Shown: positions 59,401 to 64,000 of the stretch, piece after piece
Layout of the letters: each line of letters starts with the position of its first letter
Position numbering within the stretch: position 1 is the stretch's first letter
Origin: Mytilus trossulus
Lineage: Eukaryota
Direction: 5' to 3'
Length of the DNA: 64,000 bases
NCBI RefSeq assembly: GCF_036588685.1
Contig: NC_086374.1
Location: forward strand, 13,454,001 to 13,518,000
Translations under genes and position numbers: made by a program
Notes under the pieces: model-generated
What the model saw: only the letters and a program-made list of their open reading frames with translations
Database searches by the model: none
What the model was told of the DNA's origin: nothing

Positions 59401-62400
59401 AAAAAAGCATCATATTGGGAGGTAAATTATTTGTTATTGAAGACAGTAAATTTTCTTGTAATGTTGGTTTTATTAGAACGTAAAATTTCTTGTAATGTTG
59501 GTTTTATTAGAACCATAATGTTTTGTCACCCATTTACATTTTGTTGCTCTTAACCTCACATTTACATCAGTATACAGTACTGAAAATTCAGAAGTTATTG
59601 CAACTTTAACAATGTGAATAGGTCAGTAATAAATGAAATCCCATTCTGATATGTGATACATACATGTATAGCTATAAGAAGATTTTATTAAATCACAAAA
59701 AATAATCTCAAGTTTCGACTCATTCTTTGCAAGACACAACAATAAATGCATGAAATAATTTCTGAATTTACAACATGAGACTGGAAATAACATAAATACT
59801 GTTGTGTAAGTGGAGGAAGCTAATTATCTCCCTTCCAAGGAAAAGAAGTTAGAAATCTATAACTGAAATAATAACTAAATTATTTAAGTCAGCATCTGAA
59901 TAGGGAAATGATAAAATTGGAAGACTCTTTATCCTATTGTCTTATAAAGAAGTATAATTCACACATATTTGTAACCTGTGCAAGTTGAGCTATTTTCTTA
60001 CTTCAAAGCTTGAAAGCCTGTTTACTAACGAAAAGATACATTGATGAACATAAAAATAAAGTTGCAAAAAAAATATTAGAACAAGAAAAACAGTAGGTTA
60101 TACTATGTTAAATGATTTTTGCTTGCAGTTACTGAAAGCAAATACAAAGTATTTCACATGCTGATATAAAAGAATATAGTTTAATGTATATTAAATGTGT
60201 TTCATATTGTTACAGTATGTGTATGAAGATTCTATGGATATGATTGCAAAGTTACCAACAGTGGCATCTATAATCTACAGAAATCTATACCGTGATGGTA
60301 CAGCTGTAACAGCTATTGACAATAAAAAAGATTGGAGTTGGAACTTCTGTTCTATGTTAGGTTATGACAATGCTGATTTCATAGAACTGATGAGAATGTA
60401 TCTTACAATTCATAGGTAGGAATAACTTAGTCACCCATCAAGGATAGGATTGTTGTTTATGTATGCAATGGAATAGAGGAATACTTGTACAATGTATTAC
60501 ATTCAGTTAAAAAAAACATTGGCCAATATAGCATTATACATTTTACTTTCCTTCGACCAAGGAGGGAGAGTCGACAGCATTTGGTGTTTTTCATGAAATT
60601 TTATTCTTATCCTCTGTAACAACTGGTTCTTTTTAATAGAAAGTAATTATTTCACATACAAAACAAAGACTATCAGTTGTAATTTTGATTTTGCTATAGA
60701 CATTAAACAGTTTTTGAATAATTTTTCTGCAGTAATGTTCATCAACATGATATTTATTGAATTTTTTTCCTTAAATTGTTTCTTTTTGTAAACCAATTAA
60801 CCTTTCCACTGATAGTTGCCCTGACAGATTCTACTTTTAGACGGTGGTTTCCTTGGCTATTATGACTTAAGTTGGAGATCTTCATAATAAATATCATTCA
60901 AAACTTGTCTGGCAACAGGGTTAAGTAAGTCATTGGTATCTTGATAGAAATTTTAAGATATTTGTAAAAGTCTATAATTCAAGTAGATGAAATAGTAAAT
61001 GTATTTCATTGTGTTTTCAGTGTCCATGAAGGAGGAAATGAAGTGCTCATATCACACATTTAGTGGGAAGTGCTTTATCAGATCCATATCTTAGTTTCAC
61101 TTGTTTAAATGTAATTTCATCCTATTTTCAGTGACCATGAAGGAGGAAATATCAGTGCTCATACCACACATTTTGTAGGAAGTGCTTTATCAGATCCATA
61201 TCTTAGTTTCACTTGTTTTAATGTTATTTCATCCTATTTTCAGTGACCATGAAGGAGGAAATGTCAGTGCTCATACCACACATTTCGTAGGAAGTGCTTT
61301 ATCAGATCCATATCTTAGTTTCACTTGTTTTAATGTTATTTCATCCTATTTTCAGTGACCATGAAGGAGGAAATGTCAGTGCTCATACCACACATTTAGT
61401 AGGAAGTGCTTTATCAGATCCATATCTTAGTTTTGCAGCTGGTATGAATGGCTTAGCTGGACCTCTCCATGGATTGGCAAATCAGGTGATTAATAGCAAA
61501 ACAGAATACTTAAGTTTTGTCATTCAAAGTATTTGTTCTGTTACAAGACTTGGAAAGTTTACTGACAGGTCTTTGTAGTTAAGCATCTTTTTTAAAGGCT
61601 TCAGTAACTTTTATACTTTAAGTTCGTATGATTTAGAGACATCCGATTCTGACAATTTGAAAAGCAAGAAAGTCAATCAAGTTCCAATTTCAGTAATGAC
61701 ACTATCATTGTTCTCTTCCTCCTTGTTTAAATAGAACAAGAATGTGTCCTCAGTACACGAATGCCCCACTTGCACTATCATTTTCTATGTTCAGTGGACG
61801 GTGAAATTTGGGTAAAATCTCTAATTTGGCATTAATATTAGAAAGATCATATCATAAGGAACATGTGTACCAAGTTTGAAGTCAATTGGACTTCAACTTC
61901 ATCAAAAACTACCTTGACCAAAAACTTTTACCTGAAGCGGGACGAACAGACGCACAGACCAGAAAACATAATGCCCCTCTACTATCGTAGGTGGGGCATA
62001 AAAATTGCTAAATTTGTCAATTCCTCACTCTAATATTAGTCTGCATTAACCAAATGTCAAAAAACTTATACACATACTTATTACCACCAAAAATGGATCA
62101 AGTTGAAATATGGACTACATCATTTCCCCTTTCTTGAGTTATGTCCCTTAATAAATGAAAAAACTGCAAAAATTTCTGTTTTGACACTCTAACTTTGGTT
62201 TACCTTAACCAAATGTTGTAAATTTTAAATTTGGGTGGCATTGCAATCACTGTTCTTGGGTTATGTCCCTTTCTTAATTGAAAAATTAGATAGAAACCTA
62301 CTTTGGAAATCAGTAAGTTGATGATTGAAGCTCAAATTTCCTAAATTAAAAAAAATAGGCTTATATCAGTATCTGATTTGGAGTTAAGTGTTGCATACCT

Positions 62401-62915
62401 GTTTTGTTGAACTACGTTGTAATATACATTACTGGTTAATGCCAGCTAAAGCCCTCCTCTTGGTCCAACATTTCTCACTTTGTTGAAGACTCATTGATAG
62501 CCTTTGACTGTTTTCTGCTCTTTGGTTTGGTTAAAACCAGTGAAATATGTATGTCAATTTATTGTGTCCACTCTTCTTTAGATAGATTCTTCTTTTATTT
62601 TAGGAAGTACTTGTATGGTTAACAAAGGTTCAAGAGGATGTAGGAAAAGATTTTTCAGAAGAGAAAATGCGAGACTGGGTTTGGAATACCCTAAAATCTG
62701 GACAGGTTATTCCAGGATATGGTCATGCTGTATTGAGGAAGACAGATCCAAGATATACATGTCAGAGAGAGTTTGCTTTGAGAAAACTCCCTAATGATCC
62801 ATTGTTTAAATTGGTATCAGCTCTCTATAAGGTCACACCAGATGTTTTGATAGAACAGGGTAAAGCCAAGAATCCATGGCCTAATGTAGATGCACATAGT
62901 GGAGTTTTATTACAG
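53435..62915 (+). CDS. CS: Citrate synthase, mitochondrial; 3'-partial (final exon not found in the window)
   Basis: Exons 53435-53482, 56024-56074, 57523-57630, 58536-58757, 59251-59421, 60216-60415, 61356-61485, 62604-62915 (GT-AG, in phase). Presequence-like [16 protein letters not shown]; motifs [62 protein letters not shown] and WPNVDAHSG. Confidence 0.97.
53796..53893 (+). mobile_element. Left arm of the same foldback/MULE-like family as 8958-10329
   Basis: gaattctagtcaaatcggcacctggtc followed by further ggcacc units. No right arm was found. Confidence 0.75.
53894..54002. mobile_element. 109-bp palindromic mini-element with a 10-bp TSD
   Basis: tagtccaaataattatgacgtcttgaaaggct ... agcctttcaagacgtcataatcatttggacta, flanked by ttcagcaccc at 53884-53893 and 54003-54012. 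Confidence 0.85.
54020..55066. mobile_element. ~1-kb non-autonomous TIR element inserted at a TTAA-like site
   Basis: ggttgggttcaacccaccaaatggggaactg pairs with cagttccccatttggttggttgtgcccaacc. The flanks rejoin as catgttaaatatgtttaat, matching the sequence that follows the foldback arm at ~9050. Confidence 0.7.
58125..58262. repeat. Small MITE family also present at ~8297-8374
   Basis: cataaaactttgctcagtgct..gagcac...atgctcgaaa...ttttatgacc...aggcca occurs at both sites. Confidence 0.6.
60997..61433 (+). repeat. Tandem array of four ~112-bp units, each comprising a splice acceptor plus the 5' part of CS exon 7
   Basis: ttttcag|tg(a/t)ccatgaaggaggaaat...gatccatatcttagttt, with acceptor AGs ending at 61020, 61131, 61243 and 61355. 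Confidence 0.97.
61735..62004 (-). mobile_element. Short HINE-like element
   Basis: Minus-strand 5' tttttatgccccacctacgatagtagaggggcat hairpin, (GTCY)n tract, and 3' ggggcat plus hairpin gtgtactgaggacac followed by cttgtt. Confidence 0.7.
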
Positions 62916-64000
62916 GTATGTCTAACTATAAACATTTCTGATTAAAGACTAGAATTTTTAAGTTTTTCATAAAAGTATTTTTCAAAGATATGCAAACTAC
63001 TCTAGTCTTTCTGTTAGTCATTTGGTTTCTGGATGCTCAATAAAACACTATGTTGGAATTGCAACCTTAATAGAATATATGGTCACATAGAATGCAAGAA
63101 TGATCACTATTGATTTTGATGTCTCTATGATTGAAGGTCAAGGTCAGTCACTCAAAATCATTTTTGAAGGAAAGTGGCTTCTAGGTACTTCAAATTGTCT
63201 TTTTCATCTGGGATTGGAGTCTGTGATCACAAGGTCAAGGTCATAATTAAAAAAAAAACTTACTGAAGTTATGCAAAAAAGAGATTTCTGGATCAATCGA
63301 TACTGTAAGAGGTGATAACCTTACTTTTTGGAAAGTTTGCTATAGCTTGCTATTGCCTACTTTCCATAGCCATTGGCCTCAAACTTATGGTGACAGATTA
63401 TCACCATTTCTTTTGATCCGAGATAATTTAGTACTAGTGTTTGAATTCTGATTCTTGGAAGGTTCTTTTAAAAATTTGAGTAACTTCTCATTTGACTGAA
63501 AAGATTACAGCTTTATAAAAAAAAAATTGAATGTTCACCGATGATTCAGATGAATTTAACTTCATTTTGAAAATGAGTATCTCAAACACTACTTCGCGGA
63601 TCTGCCATACGCTGAAGAGAAAATCACAAGAAATCTACGCCAGATTGCATCAGTTTCATTCATGAAAATTTCATGAATGAACATTTTCCGCTCTACTTTT
63701 ACCTGTTTACTATGTATGTACGTAAACGTGGTAAAAGCCTGAGAGTATCGAAAAAATCGGGAATGAGGTGCAAGCCGTCGGATAATTGACAAGTGATAAT
63801 GATTTTTTATAACAAAACACATGTGATAGAATATAAAATACTCGATAATTATATGTCTAATGTCTAATGTCTCAGTAATGGACGAGTACAGGTAAATACG
63901 GTACCGGCTTTCATAAAAAAGAATAATAATTTCAAAATGCATTGTTTTTGTTTAAACATCGATCGAAACTTCAAAGGTTTTGATGCCAAAAATCAGTTGA

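Noticed and set aside
60997-61355. Mutually exclusive alternative CS exons
   Set aside because: The extra copies lack the 3' half of the exon and a convincing donor, and all of them introduce stops.
63589-63942. 117-aa ORF, or the missing last CS exon
   Set aside because: It is on the wrong strand and has no similarity to the CS C-terminus. It is probably intronic or repeat DNA.

Overview
This is AT-rich, intron-containing eukaryotic DNA. The repeat landscape and the proteins suggest a bivalve mollusc, probably Mytilus-like (inference). Splice-aware reading gives six genes. (1) The 5' half of calpain-7 (CAPN7, minus strand), which runs off the window start. (2) A complete 10-exon DNAJC1, head-to-head with CAPN7. 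(3) An intronless 228-aa orphan ORF (minus). (4) A complete 3-exon YBEY. (5) A 2-exon gene for a secreted, Arg/Ser/Asn-rich low-complexity protein (minus), bracketed by inverted repeat copies. (6) Citrate synthase, whose last exon lies beyond the window. Introns and intergenic DNA are packed with non-autonomous transposons (Helentron/HINE-like elements carrying satellite-like arrays, TTAA-, TTA- and TA-target MITEs, a MULE/foldback-like element with a 9-bp TSD), SINE-like repeats and LINE remnants. Three observations stand out: a 4-copy 112-bp tandem array that multiplies the splice acceptor and 5' half of a citrate synthase active-site exon, where every extra acceptor leads to a premature stop; a tRNA-headed element fused, with no stop codon, to the C-terminal half of a CR1-group reverse transcriptase; and the unrecognised secreted acidic/basic block protein. 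All coordinates were read by hand and repeat boundaries are approximate.
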